Positions 8,911 through 18,040 of a stretch of DNA of 64,000 nt are shown here, piece by piece (within the stretch, counting starts at the first letter, position 1; the number at the start of each line of letters is the position of its first letter). A program made the position numbers and the translations under genes. This DNA comes from an uncultured Chloroflexia bacterium (GTDB taxonomy: Bacteria; Chloroflexota; Anaerolineae; JAAYZQ01). The notes under the pieces are model-generated. The model ran no database searches. It was not told the DNA's origin and saw only the letters and a list, made by a program, of their open reading frames with translations. Where the stretch lies: NCBI GenBank assembly GCA_963700285.1, contig CAVOXA010000014.1, forward strand, positions 384,001 to 448,000, in the 5' to 3' direction.

Positions 8911-10362
8911 TCACCCAGCGAGAATGCCACTTGGAATGCTTTCTCCAATTGCGAGAGGCTGCGCGCCCCGGATCTGAGCCAGCGTGCGTGCCATCTCGTT
9001 GTGTACCAGACTGATCGCCTCGTCCACTCCCATGCCCGGCTTGGCCATGATGATCTCTGGCCGCGTTGCCAGGGCGACGTGGGCAGACACCCGGGCCGAG
9101 AGATCCGTTTCGATGTAGCTTCCGCCCAGGAAGGCACCTATACCACCTCTTTTGCAGGCCAACACTGCCTCCACGACATTGTGAATACCACCCAGGTCCG
9201 GCATCTTGATCTGGATCATGTCCGCCGCTCGCGCTTCTACAAAGGCGCAAATGTCCTCCAGGGTGTTGGCCCATTCGTCGGCCACCAGTTGAACCCGCAT
9301 CTTTCGCAGTGCAACATAGTTGCGCAGTGTCTTCATGGTCTCGATCTGGGCGGCGCGGCTGTCCAGGACCATGGGGCTCTCGATGCGGAGCTGGTAGGGT
9401 TGGGCCGCGGTCTCCCAGGCGTAAAGGAGCCCCAACATGCGACCCAGGCTGTGCTCGCAGATCTGCGCCAGGGCGCCGTGCACATCAAGGTGAATCGCCG
9501 GATGATAATCCTCCCCGCCCAGCTCGCCAATCCTGCCAGACAGCCAGCGGATATAGCGCGTTAGCTCTGTACCGTCCATCCCGAGCTGTCCAGGAATGTC
9601 ATCCACCAGAGCATGGGGCAGGGAAGCAACCCGGCGAGCGATCATCTTTTCCGCGTTGTAGTAGCGCTCGCTGCCCGATTGTGCGTGAATGGGGATGGCC
9701 GCATCAGGCAATGAAAGCTCCCACTCAGCGGATACTACTTCGGCCATCGTTGTCCCACGAGCAAGAGCCACAGCCTGGAGCAGAGCCTGGCCGAGGCCAT
9801 AGCGCACCGCCGCATGCAGCGGGCGTTGGACGACGACGGTGTCTGTGGCCGCCCCTTCTTCCTGGGCCGCGCGCAACAACTTGGCGGGCGCCGTGATGAG
9901 GGCCCGTCGGGAGAAACCCTGGCTACGATCGGCGGGAGGCTGAGGTGGTGTGGGACTGCTGATTTCGACGCGCTCGGTGAGGGAGTCAATCTGTGCCGAG
10001 AGGGCGCGAAAGCTGGTTAGCTCGCGGCCCTGGAGCGCCGGAGCCACGACGCGCTGGATGGTGTCCAGGCCGTTCTCAGCACGAAAGACAGGATCGCGCC
10101 CAGATTTGGCGGCGTAGGCTACGGCCACGCAGTCACCCCAGGCGACACGTTTGCTTTGCCCTGAGGCGGTTGCGGGTTCATCCAGTACCAGACCCACCGA
10201 CACGACCTCGGCGACCTCGCGGACCGCACGGAATCCGGGCGTGACAGGCGCGGCCGTGAACCTCAATGGCAAAGGCACGTGTTCAGCCTGAAGGGCGGCC
10301 AGGTCGTCATAGTAACCCGCGCCAACGGCCGGTACGGCCAGTACCTGCTTGATGGAGGTCAA
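8911..10362 (-). CDS. mal: Methylaspartate ammonia-lyase
   Basis: GYYDDLAA, WGDCVAVAY..GRDP, IHAQSG..RY, LPHAL, HLDVHG, VADEWANT, QIKMPDLG, MAKPGMGVDE. The TTG start at 10362 overlaps the upstream stop. Confidence 0.88.
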   Translation of the reverse strand: MTSIKQVLAVPAVGAGYYDDLAALQAEHVPLPLRFTAAPVTPGFRAVREVAEVVSVGLVLDEPATASGQSKRVAWGDCVAVAYAAKSGRDPVFRAENGLDTIQRVVAPALQGRELTSFRALSAQIDSLTERVEISSPTPPQPPADRSQGFSRRALITAPAKLLRAAQEEGAATDTVVVQRPLHAAVRYGLGQALLQAVALARGTTMAEVVSAEWELSLPDAAIPIHAQSGSERYYNAEKMIARRVASLPHALVDDIPGQLGMDGTELTRYIRWLSGRIGELGGEDYHPAIHLDVHGALAQICEHSLGRMLGLLYAWETAAQPYQLRIESPMVLDSRAAQIETMKTLRNYVALRKMRVQLVADEWANTLEDICAFVEARAADMIQIKMPDLGGIHNVVEAVLACKRGGIGAFLGGSYIETDLSARVSAHVALATRPEIIMAKPGMGVDEAISLVHNEMARTLAQIRGAQPLAIGESIPSGILAG

Positions 10363-11351
10363 GACCAAGGTTCCATGGAAATGGCCGAGGAGGGGCAGGC
10401 ATTGGCGCAAAGACCACAACCCCAGCACCTCTCCGGATCATAGCGTACCTGGTCCTTGGTTTTGCCCTCGACCTCTATGATTGCCCCGTCGTGGTAGAAG
10501 GCGTCAAAGTGACAGCGCTTCACACATGCGCCACAGAGGTTGCAGAGATCGGCATCATAGACGGCGATGTAGCGACTCCTGGGCCAGATGCCCTTGCTGC
10601 CTAGCTCCTGGGCGGCCCGAAAGGGATAGCAGTCACAGGCACAGCAATTGCAGATGGCGTGCAGGCCCCTCGTCCGCCATTCACTGTCGCCGGTGTGCAT
10701 CAGGCCTTTTTTGTCCGCCCAGCGGACGAGTTCTATGGCCTCATCGACGGTTACCCGCCGCCCATGACCCCTGGCCAACGCCCCCAAGGCACCTTCGTCC
10801 ATCCAGGTACAGACTTCCACTGGCCGGTCGCAGTGCTGTCCCAACCGCCGGCAATCACAGGGCTGGATGACAATGTGCTGGGCGGCTCTGAGCATCTCCT
10901 CTACCTCGCCCAGAAGCAGCACGGTATCGTTGGGCAGAGCATTCTCGGCTTCCAGGCCCTGCATCTTGCGCTGGATGTTGGTCCGGTGCCGGGAGATGAA
11001 CTCGTCCAGGAACCGGCGGTCGATTCGCTGGCGATCCTCCGCGGGTATGTCATCCCAGTTTTCGTGGATGGCAAAGTGGTTCAAGAAAGTGTAAAAGCTG
11101 GTGGGAGAGTAGGCCGTACCATCAGCCTGTTCCTCCTTGTCCACGATGGAGCGTTCATAGCAGCGATGCAGCAAGGCGGCGGCCTGGTCGTGCTGGAGGC
11201 CCAGCAGCTCGGATACTTGCGACTGAGTCACCAACCTATCATGAGTTGAGACCACCAGTTGCATTTCCAGATCATCGAACATGATCGGAAGGTAGGGCTC
11301 AACCTCTTCCCACACGCCAAATACACTCACAAAGGCATCTACCAATGCCAT
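10359..11351 (-). CDS. Multi-cluster 4Fe-4S protein
   Basis: PCDCR, ICNCCACDC and two CxxCxxCxxxC ferredoxin motifs at the C-terminus. Confidence 0.82.
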   Translation of the reverse strand: MALVDAFVSVFGVWEEVEPYLPIMFDDLEMQLVVSTHDRLVTQSQVSELLGLQHDQAAALLHRCYERSIVDKEEQADGTAYSPTSFYTFLNHFAIHENWDDIPAEDRQRIDRRFLDEFISRHRTNIQRKMQGLEAENALPNDTVLLLGEVEEMLRAAQHIVIQPCDCRRLGQHCDRPVEVCTWMDEGALGALARGHGRRVTVDEAIELVRWADKKGLMHTGDSEWRTRGLHAICNCCACDCYPFRAAQELGSKGIWPRSRYIAVYDADLCNLCGACVKRCHFDAFYHDGAIIEVEGKTKDQVRYDPERCWGCGLCANACPSSAISMEPWS

Positions 11352-11382
11352 CTGACTATCTCCAGTCTGCAGGAATCTGCTG

Positions 11383-12834
11383 CTAGCTCTGTCCATTGAT
11401 CCAGGCCTGCTCACGCTGAACAATCTGCTTGATCGCCCGCTGAACCTCTGGCGGCAGGGGCTCGGGCTGGTGGCTCTCCAAGATCTTGTTCACCTGTTGG
11501 GCTGCCCTTTCCTCCATGGGCGTAGCACCCCGTTCCACCCATTGAGCGTGCGTGCCCTTGTCAGCAAGCTTGGAGTAGTAAGGCTCGCGAAAGTGCCTCA
11601 GGGTGTGCTGATGGCCAAGATAGTCGCCTTCCGGACCCAGCTCGTCGATGACATCCAGGGCCAGGGTCTCGTCGTCCACCGGCACACCGGCCGTGGCGGC
11701 TCGAAGCCAGCCAATCGTGTCGTTGGCCATGACCTGCAACTGGAGGGAGCCCTGCAGTCCGGAATCCATGAAGCCAACGTCATGGACGAGATTAGCCCCG
11801 TGAAGAAGGGCCGTCATCAGGCTGATGGTCGCTTCCATGCCACATTGATGATCCAAGACTTTGGAATCGGTCGAGCCTCCCAGACCAAAAACGGGCAGAT
11901 CATAATACCGGCCCATCTCGGTGGGGACTCCCTGTTCGTCCGCCAGGACATAGTTGCCGACCATCGTCTTGAGATTGTAAGGACCGCCGTTCCAACCTGG
12001 GACCGCCACAGGCGTTCCCGCACGGACCAATTGGGCCAGAACGATGCCCAGCAGCGTACCGGCATTCATGGAAGCCATGCAGCCAGCCGTCGTGGCCGGT
12101 GAGTTGACGCCTCCGGCATTGAGGGGAATGTAGAGCATGGGCAGGCCTTTGGCGGCCAGGTACATGCACTTGCGCAGCGCCTCCTCGTTGGCGACGAGGC
12201 CAGAGGTAACATTGATGTAGCAGGTGGCAAAGGGACGTTTCTGGAAGGCCTCGTCACCGCCGGCTACGGCTTCGCACATCTCGATGGCGGCCACGCAGCC
12301 CTCAAAGTCAGGGGTGACAAAGACGATGGGCTTGGTTGTACCGTTGAGCATGACCTCCATTTGATAGCGGTCATAGATGCGCTGATCGACGTCCTCGGGC
12401 AGGAAGAGCGACATGACAAACTCGATCTCGGGTAGGGCATCCATGACGGCCACAGCCTCGACTACGTCCCGGAGCACGGGCCGTCGCCGCTGTCCGGTGC
12501 GATGGTCAAGGACATTGAGACAGTCGGAGCCGCCGCCGCAATAAGTCCTGTAGCCCCAGGCCCGAATGGCAACCTGCCCGTGGCGGTCATGGAGGGTCAT
12601 GCCTTTGGGGGCAAGGGAGAGCGCCTTTTCCACCATATAGGCCGGAATACGGACGCGGACGCCCTCCACCTGCGCTCCGGCCCTGGCCAGCAGATCTCGC
12701 GCTGCTGCGTGATGCGCATCGACGCCAACACGCTCCAAGATCTCCAGGCTGGCCATGTGGATCTTTTCGCATTCGGCCCGGCTCATACGGGCATAGTGGG
12801 CACTCGTCCGGCTCGAACCATGGGTTTCGATCAT
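11383..12834 (-). CDS. MttB-superfamily corrinoid methyltransferase, non-pyrrolysine (paralog 2)
   Basis: HMASLEILERVGV, GGSDC, TDSKVLD, NLVHDVGF, GPEGDYL. Confidence 0.9.
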   Translation of the reverse strand: MIETHGSSRTSAHYARMSRAECEKIHMASLEILERVGVDAHHAAARDLLARAGAQVEGVRVRIPAYMVEKALSLAPKGMTLHDRHGQVAIRAWGYRTYCGGGSDCLNVLDHRTGQRRRPVLRDVVEAVAVMDALPEIEFVMSLFLPEDVDQRIYDRYQMEVMLNGTTKPIVFVTPDFEGCVAAIEMCEAVAGGDEAFQKRPFATCYINVTSGLVANEEALRKCMYLAAKGLPMLYIPLNAGGVNSPATTAGCMASMNAGTLLGIVLAQLVRAGTPVAVPGWNGGPYNLKTMVGNYVLADEQGVPTEMGRYYDLPVFGLGGSTDSKVLDHQCGMEATISLMTALLHGANLVHDVGFMDSGLQGSLQLQVMANDTIGWLRAATAGVPVDDETLALDVIDELGPEGDYLGHQHTLRHFREPYYSKLADKGTHAQWVERGATPMEERAAQQVNKILESHQPEPLPPEVQRAIKQIVQREQAWINGQS

Positions 12835-12877
12835 GCTACTCGCCTCATTCTCAAGATAGAGCGACCTACGGGAGGCA

Positions 12878-13663
12878 CTAGACGTGCCCGTAGTAGTCGC
12901 GATGCACCGCCACGGAGTAGGCATAGTCCAGGAGCGTACCCCAGGTGAATATGGGGATGTCGATCTCACGCTGAATGGCACGAGCGAAAGGCTGCATGCC
13001 GGTGCATTCCAGCATCATGGCCCCCATGTTGGGGTGAGAACCGTAGAAATCAACGGCGACCTGGACGAATTCCTGTTCGGCTTTGTCATAGTAGGCACCC
13101 GGCGGATCGGTCCGCTCGGGCTCGTACCACAGGTGCTCGAACTCGGGGCAGCGACCATCGTCCTCGGCTCCAGCGACCACATAGTTGCTGCCCGGCTGGA
13201 TGCCGACCGATTCCAGGTGGACCGGCAGCAACTGGGCCTCACGCGCCACGAGAATGCCAACAACCCTTTGCGGCCCGATGAGCTGTTGGGCAAAGGGCAC
13301 TTGCAGCAAGCTGGACAAGAATACAGGCACATCGACAAAGCCAGCGATGGCCTTTTGAAAGTAGGCAAAATAGCCGCATTCGGCGGCGACGGCCCGGCAG
13401 CCCATGCCCTCCAGTTTTTTGGCGGCGCGCTGGATGGGCTCCAGACAAGGCGATTTGTCCTCCTCGTGGACCAGGGCCCAGATGTCCACTCCCTCGGCAA
13501 TCTCGTACTGGATCGGGAAGGGGAAGGCGCTGGCGTTGCGCACGTCGCCAGGGAAACCAGGGTAGACGTCGTCCAGGATGATGATGCCCAAGCCCATGCC
13601 ATAGCAGCGATGGTCTTTGCGGGCCTTGATATAGTTGATGCCCATGTCTCGATTTTGATACAT
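12878..13663 (-). CDS. Asp/Glu/hydantoin racemase superfamily protein (copy 1)
   Basis: GLGIIILD..YPGFPGDVRNA..FPFPI N-terminus; paired cysteine motifs AECGYF and LECTGM. Confidence 0.75.
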   Translation of the reverse strand: MYQNRDMGINYIKARKDHRCYGMGLGIIILDDVYPGFPGDVRNASAFPFPIQYEIAEGVDIWALVHEEDKSPCLEPIQRAAKKLEGMGCRAVAAECGYFAYFQKAIAGFVDVPVFLSSLLQVPFAQQLIGPQRVVGILVAREAQLLPVHLESVGIQPGSNYVVAGAEDDGRCPEFEHLWYEPERTDPPGAYYDKAEQEFVQVAVDFYGSHPNMGAMMLECTGMQPFARAIQREIDIPIFTWGTLLDYAYSVAVHRDYYGHV

Positions 13664-13705
13664 CAGAGCTACCTACCTTTCTTCTTGGGGTGCTAGCGGT
13701 TTGCT

Positions 13706-15076
13706 TCAGGCGGGCTTGTCCCGCGGGCCGGGCGGGATCCAGGCTGGGCGCGCTTTGGAGGCAGGAAGGTGCCCATAGAAGGCCTCGTCCATGCGCACCG
13801 CCGCCCGGCGGGCCATGCCCGAGTGCCTGGCCGCCCAGCGCACGGCGTTGTGCATCACGTTGTCGGGGTGCGCATAGGGACAGACCGACATGCAGCGGGC
13901 ACAGTCTGTGCCGACCGCATTCCAGTAGCGATAGCAGATCGCGTCCTTGATGCGCCAGCGCAGCGCGCCATCGATCTCCACCCGATCGCCCTGAGGGATG
14001 GCGTGCGGCGGACAGCAATCGGCACATTTCGAGCAAATGCTGCAAAAGTCCAGGACAGACCTGTCCTCACCCCGCCCATCTGGGACCAGGGGAAGGTCGG
14101 TGGTCACCACGCCGAGGCGCACGCGGGGACCCAGACCAGGTGTCATCAGCAACCCCATACGGCCAATTTCACCCAGACCAGCGTCCCGAGCAACCAGCGG
14201 TGCAACGACGCGATAGTTCCCGTCAATGTGGGCGCGGGCCGGATAGCCCAGATTTCGGATAAAGTTGGCCAGTTGAACAGCCACCTTGGCCGATTCCACG
14301 TACTGCTTGGCTGACTCCATGACGGTCGGGGCGTAGGGCGCCGTGCTCACCAGGTCAAGATCCATTTCCACAGTGAAGGCAATGCCGTAGCGATGATCGA
14401 GGCTAATGGGAGCCCCATACTGGCCACTGCCGCGACCGATGTGGGAGTAGAGGTGGTAGGGCTGCATCAAGGCAATGCCGACAGACAGAGCGCCATAGTA
14501 GGACGTCAGATCTTTGACAAAGTCTGTCATGGATGGGGCATCCACTTCAAGGGACTCTGTGGCCAGGGAGCCATCCACCGCGTCGTGGAGCGCTTCTGTC
14601 AACCCAAAACTGGCGTCGGTGGAGGCAAAAACGAGAGGATGGTAGGCGCTGGACCTTGGAGATAGCAGGCCAGGCAGGGACCGGGTCTTGTCGTCACCGT
14701 CCTTGTTCGCTGGCCGCATGGCATAGTAGGCGCCATAGTCCGGGCTGCCCGGCTGGAGCCGGCCGCGGGCGAACATGATGTCCCGCTCGTCGATGCGTAC
14801 CTGCGGCACATCATTGCCTCGCTGCCTGCGGCCAACTGGCAGAAGAAAGAGTAGGAGCCCAGTAGTCAACGCCAGAGCAGCGATTGACAGGACAAGCCCT
14901 TGGACCCACACCGGCAAAAAGATGGACAGAAAGAAGGGAATCGAGCCTATGGCTGCGGCCGCAAAGGCTATACCCGCCGCGCGCTTTTCGCCCTCGAGCA
15001 GGGATGTGACGCCAAAGGCGACAAAACCTGCCAGGATGATAGCGCCTAGAAGCGCCAAAGCCAGAACAAGGACCAT
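13706..15076 (-). CDS. Reductive dehalogenase/QueG-like cobalamin and 2x[4Fe-4S] protein with N-terminal transmembrane helices
   Basis: AGLGEIGRMGLLMTPGLGPRVRL..VTTDLPL, FCxxCxKCAxxCPxxAI and CxxCxxxCP motifs; three hydrophobic helices at the N-terminus and no Tat motif. Confidence 0.82.
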   Translation of the reverse strand: MVLVLALALLGAIILAGFVAFGVTSLLEGEKRAAGIAFAAAAIGSIPFFLSIFLPVWVQGLVLSIAALALTTGLLLFLLPVGRRQRGNDVPQVRIDERDIMFARGRLQPGSPDYGAYYAMRPANKDGDDKTRSLPGLLSPRSSAYHPLVFASTDASFGLTEALHDAVDGSLATESLEVDAPSMTDFVKDLTSYYGALSVGIALMQPYHLYSHIGRGSGQYGAPISLDHRYGIAFTVEMDLDLVSTAPYAPTVMESAKQYVESAKVAVQLANFIRNLGYPARAHIDGNYRVVAPLVARDAGLGEIGRMGLLMTPGLGPRVRLGVVTTDLPLVPDGRGEDRSVLDFCSICSKCADCCPPHAIPQGDRVEIDGALRWRIKDAICYRYWNAVGTDCARCMSVCPYAHPDNVMHNAVRWAARHSGMARRAAVRMDEAFYGHLPASKARPAWIPPGPRDKPA

Positions 15077-15103
15077 CAGGAATCCCTTTCGCAGCCGTAG
15101 GTT

Positions 15104-16558
15104 CTATCTGTTGGCAATGTCTTGCAGTTTCTGCACCACAGCAGAAGGCAACGGAGCACCAGTCCGGTGGTTCGCGAGGATCTCCCGCACCTCATGGTTT
15201 GCCCGCTGCTGCACCGTGGTCCCTCCTTTAGACTGCCAACGCAAGTAGTTGTTGCGATCCATGAGTCTCGGCACCCAATCATCACGGACGTGCTGAAGCG
15301 TGTGCCTGGATTCCACAAAGTTGCCATCGGGCCCGATCTGGTGGATGAGATCCAGAGCCAGCGTGTCCTCGCTGATCTCCAGCTTGCTCAGATAGCGTCT
15401 GAGCCAGCCGACGAGCTCGTCGCAATACAGGAGGAACTCGAGCGAACCGGTCGTCGCGCAGTCCAGATAGCCTAGATCATGGACCAGGTTGACGCCATTT
15501 ATCGCGTTGTCAAAGAGCGTCAACGCAGCCTCGGAGGCCGCCTGGGCATCAAAAACCTTGCTATCGCTGCAACCTCCAATCCCGAAGGTTGGTATCCCGT
15601 AGTAATGGGCCAGGTCCCAGCAAAAGGGACCCGAATCCGGCGCAGCATAGAGGCTGACCATCGAGCGCATGTCCATGCCACCTCCGCCTGGGTCGGCACG
15701 GAGGAAGGGCGAACCCTCGCGCTTGAGTTGGGACAGAACCAGACCCGCCAACTGTCCCGCATTGCCCACTGCCAGCGCCGCGGCGACCGTCATGGGTGCC
15801 ATGGTGCCCCGCGACTTGCTGGGCGAATAGATGGTCGGCAGGTTGCGCTCGGCAGCGTACAACAGCCTGCTCACACTTTCATCGTTGTGCTGAAACGCCG
15901 ACACAACGTTCACATAGTTGACGATGAAGGGATAGCGCTCCAGTTGCTCCAGCCCACCGGCAACGGCACTGGCCATATCTATGGCGTAGACGGTGCTGGA
16001 TGCCTCGAGGCCTACAAACACGATGGGTTTGGTACTTTCTTGCAGCATGACGGCCATCTGGTGCCGCTCGTACGCCTCGTCGGGCACGTCTGAGGGCATG
16101 AACATGGACATGATAAAATCGTAGCACGGCAAGGAATCAACCAGGCGGACCGCCTGGACCACGTCGTCCAGAACAGCCAGGCGGCGCTCAGCCGTATCCA
16201 GGTCCCAGATGTAGCTGCAGTCAGACCCTGGACCAAAGTAGGTGCGATAGCCACCAAGGGCCATGGCCCGCCTGCCAGTCTGGTCGAAGATGGTGATGTT
16301 CTTGGGCACTGTGTGGAGCGCCCAGTCCACGAGATTGGGCTGGATGCGCACCAGGGTACCATCGCTAACAGTGGCCCCGGCCTTTTTGAATAGGTCGAGG
16401 GCCTCCTGATTATGGAAGCGCATGCCGGTACGGGCCATGATCTCCAGGCTCGCCTCGTGCAGCAGGCAGATCTGGTCCTCGGTCAGGCTACGGAACTGCA
16501 CTGGACGGTACTGGCTGCAGCGGTCATAGGGCGCAGGGCCTCGCGGTCTTTTAGCCAT
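15104..16558 (-). CDS. MttB-superfamily corrinoid methyltransferase, non-pyrrolysine (paralog 3)
   Basis: HEASLEIMARTG, FGPGSDC, GGCSDSK, NLVHDLGYL, GPDGNF. Confidence 0.9.
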   Translation of the reverse strand: MAKRPRGPAPYDRCSQYRPVQFRSLTEDQICLLHEASLEIMARTGMRFHNQEALDLFKKAGATVSDGTLVRIQPNLVDWALHTVPKNITIFDQTGRRAMALGGYRTYFGPGSDCSYIWDLDTAERRLAVLDDVVQAVRLVDSLPCYDFIMSMFMPSDVPDEAYERHQMAVMLQESTKPIVFVGLEASSTVYAIDMASAVAGGLEQLERYPFIVNYVNVVSAFQHNDESVSRLLYAAERNLPTIYSPSKSRGTMAPMTVAAALAVGNAGQLAGLVLSQLKREGSPFLRADPGGGGMDMRSMVSLYAAPDSGPFCWDLAHYYGIPTFGIGGCSDSKVFDAQAASEAALTLFDNAINGVNLVHDLGYLDCATTGSLEFLLYCDELVGWLRRYLSKLEISEDTLALDLIHQIGPDGNFVESRHTLQHVRDDWVPRLMDRNNYLRWQSKGGTTVQQRANHEVREILANHRTGAPLPSAVVQKLQDIANR

Positions 16559-18002
16559 ATTGCGCCTCCGCCCGTTCGATGATATCACGCAGCGCCCTGG
16601 CGGCTCCTTCCGGCAGAGGTTCCACCTTGTGCTGAGAGAGGATCTCTTCCACCCGCTCAGACGCCCGCTCCTGGAGGCTCTTTCCACCGCTGGCCTGCCA
16701 GCCAGCATAGTTGTCCCGATTCATCAGCGTCGGATACCAGCGCTCGCGAAAATGTTTTAGCGTGTGTTTGCTGTCGAGGTACTGGCCATCGGGGCCGACC
16801 TCGTCGATCAGATCCACGGCCAGGGCTTCGTCGCTGACGTCCACGCCCCGGAGACAGTGGTCAATCCAACCCAAGATCTCGTCGCAGATGGCCAGTTGTG
16901 CCAGAGAATAGCAGAGCCCCGACTCCAGGTAGCCCAGATCGTGGACGATGTGACCGCCGGTCATGGCCGTCACCATGAGGGTCAAGGCCGCCTCGATCCC
17001 GGCCTGCAGGTCCAGACACTTGGAGTCGCTGCAGCCGCCGAGGGCAAACATGGGCAGGCCATAGAAATGGGCCATCGCCTGGGCGATGCCCCGCCGGTCG
17101 GGCTCCGCGTAGGGCTGGACCGTGGTCTTCATGTCCAGCGCGCCGGCACCCCAGCCAGCCATGACGTAAGGCGCTCCCTCGCGCTTGAGCTGAGAGAGTA
17201 CCAGACCCACCAGGGCGCCAACATTCCAGACCACTTGGCACCCGGCTAGGGTGATGGGCGCCGTCGTACCACCCTGTCCTACAGGAATATAGAGTGCCGG
17301 CAGGCCCTTACCCGCCAGGTACAGCAGTTTCTGCAGGGCTTCCTCGTTGTGCCGTAGACCCGTCGTTACGTTGATGTAGCAGGCCACAAAAGGGTTCAGG
17401 CGCAGCGCGTCCGCACCGCCCGCCACCGCCTCCGCCATCTGTACCGCGTCCACGCAACCCGAAAACTCGGTCGTCACAAAGACAATGGGTTTGGTCGTAT
17501 GGTTCAGCATAGCCTCCATCTGGTAGCGATCGGCCACCATCTGGGGCACGTCCACGGGCAGCACCATGGACATCACAAAATCGATGTTCGGCAGCGCATC
17601 GGCCACGGTCATGCCTTCGACGATGTCGTTCAGCACCGGAGCCCGCCGCTCTCCCGTGCGATGGTCGATGATGTTCAGGCAGTCGGAGCCGGGACCAAAG
17701 AAGCTCCGGTAGCCTTCCACCGGCATCACGCGCTCGCCATACCGGTTGCAGAGGACGACACGCCTGGGCACTGTGGTGAAGGCCTTTTCTACCATGCCCG
17801 AAGGGATACGCACCCGATTCCCATCTGATATATGGGCCCCGGCCTGGGATACCAGATCGATGGCCTCCTGCTCGTAGAGGCGGACCCCGGTACGCTCCAG
17901 AACCTCCAGGCTAGCCAAGTGGATCTTTTCACACTGCTCATCCGACATACGCTGAAACTGCGCGCTGAGAAACGTGCGGTCGTTGGTGCGAATGCTCACC
18001 AT
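16551..18002 (-). CDS. MttB-superfamily corrinoid methyltransferase, non-pyrrolysine (paralog 4)
   Basis: HLASLEVLERTGV, FGPGSDC, GGCSDSK, HIVHDLGYLE, GPDGQYL. Confidence 0.92.
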   Translation of the reverse strand: MVSIRTNDRTFLSAQFQRMSDEQCEKIHLASLEVLERTGVRLYEQEAIDLVSQAGAHISDGNRVRIPSGMVEKAFTTVPRRVVLCNRYGERVMPVEGYRSFFGPGSDCLNIIDHRTGERRAPVLNDIVEGMTVADALPNIDFVMSMVLPVDVPQMVADRYQMEAMLNHTTKPIVFVTTEFSGCVDAVQMAEAVAGGADALRLNPFVACYINVTTGLRHNEEALQKLLYLAGKGLPALYIPVGQGGTTAPITLAGCQVVWNVGALVGLVLSQLKREGAPYVMAGWGAGALDMKTTVQPYAEPDRRGIAQAMAHFYGLPMFALGGCSDSKCLDLQAGIEAALTLMVTAMTGGHIVHDLGYLESGLCYSLAQLAICDEILGWIDHCLRGVDVSDEALAVDLIDEVGPDGQYLDSKHTLKHFRERWYPTLMNRDNYAGWQASGGKSLQERASERVEEILSQHKVEPLPEGAARALRDIIERAEAQYG

Positions 18003-18040
18003 GATTGCCTCCTATGCGTTTGCAGGGCGCCCTTGCCCGG

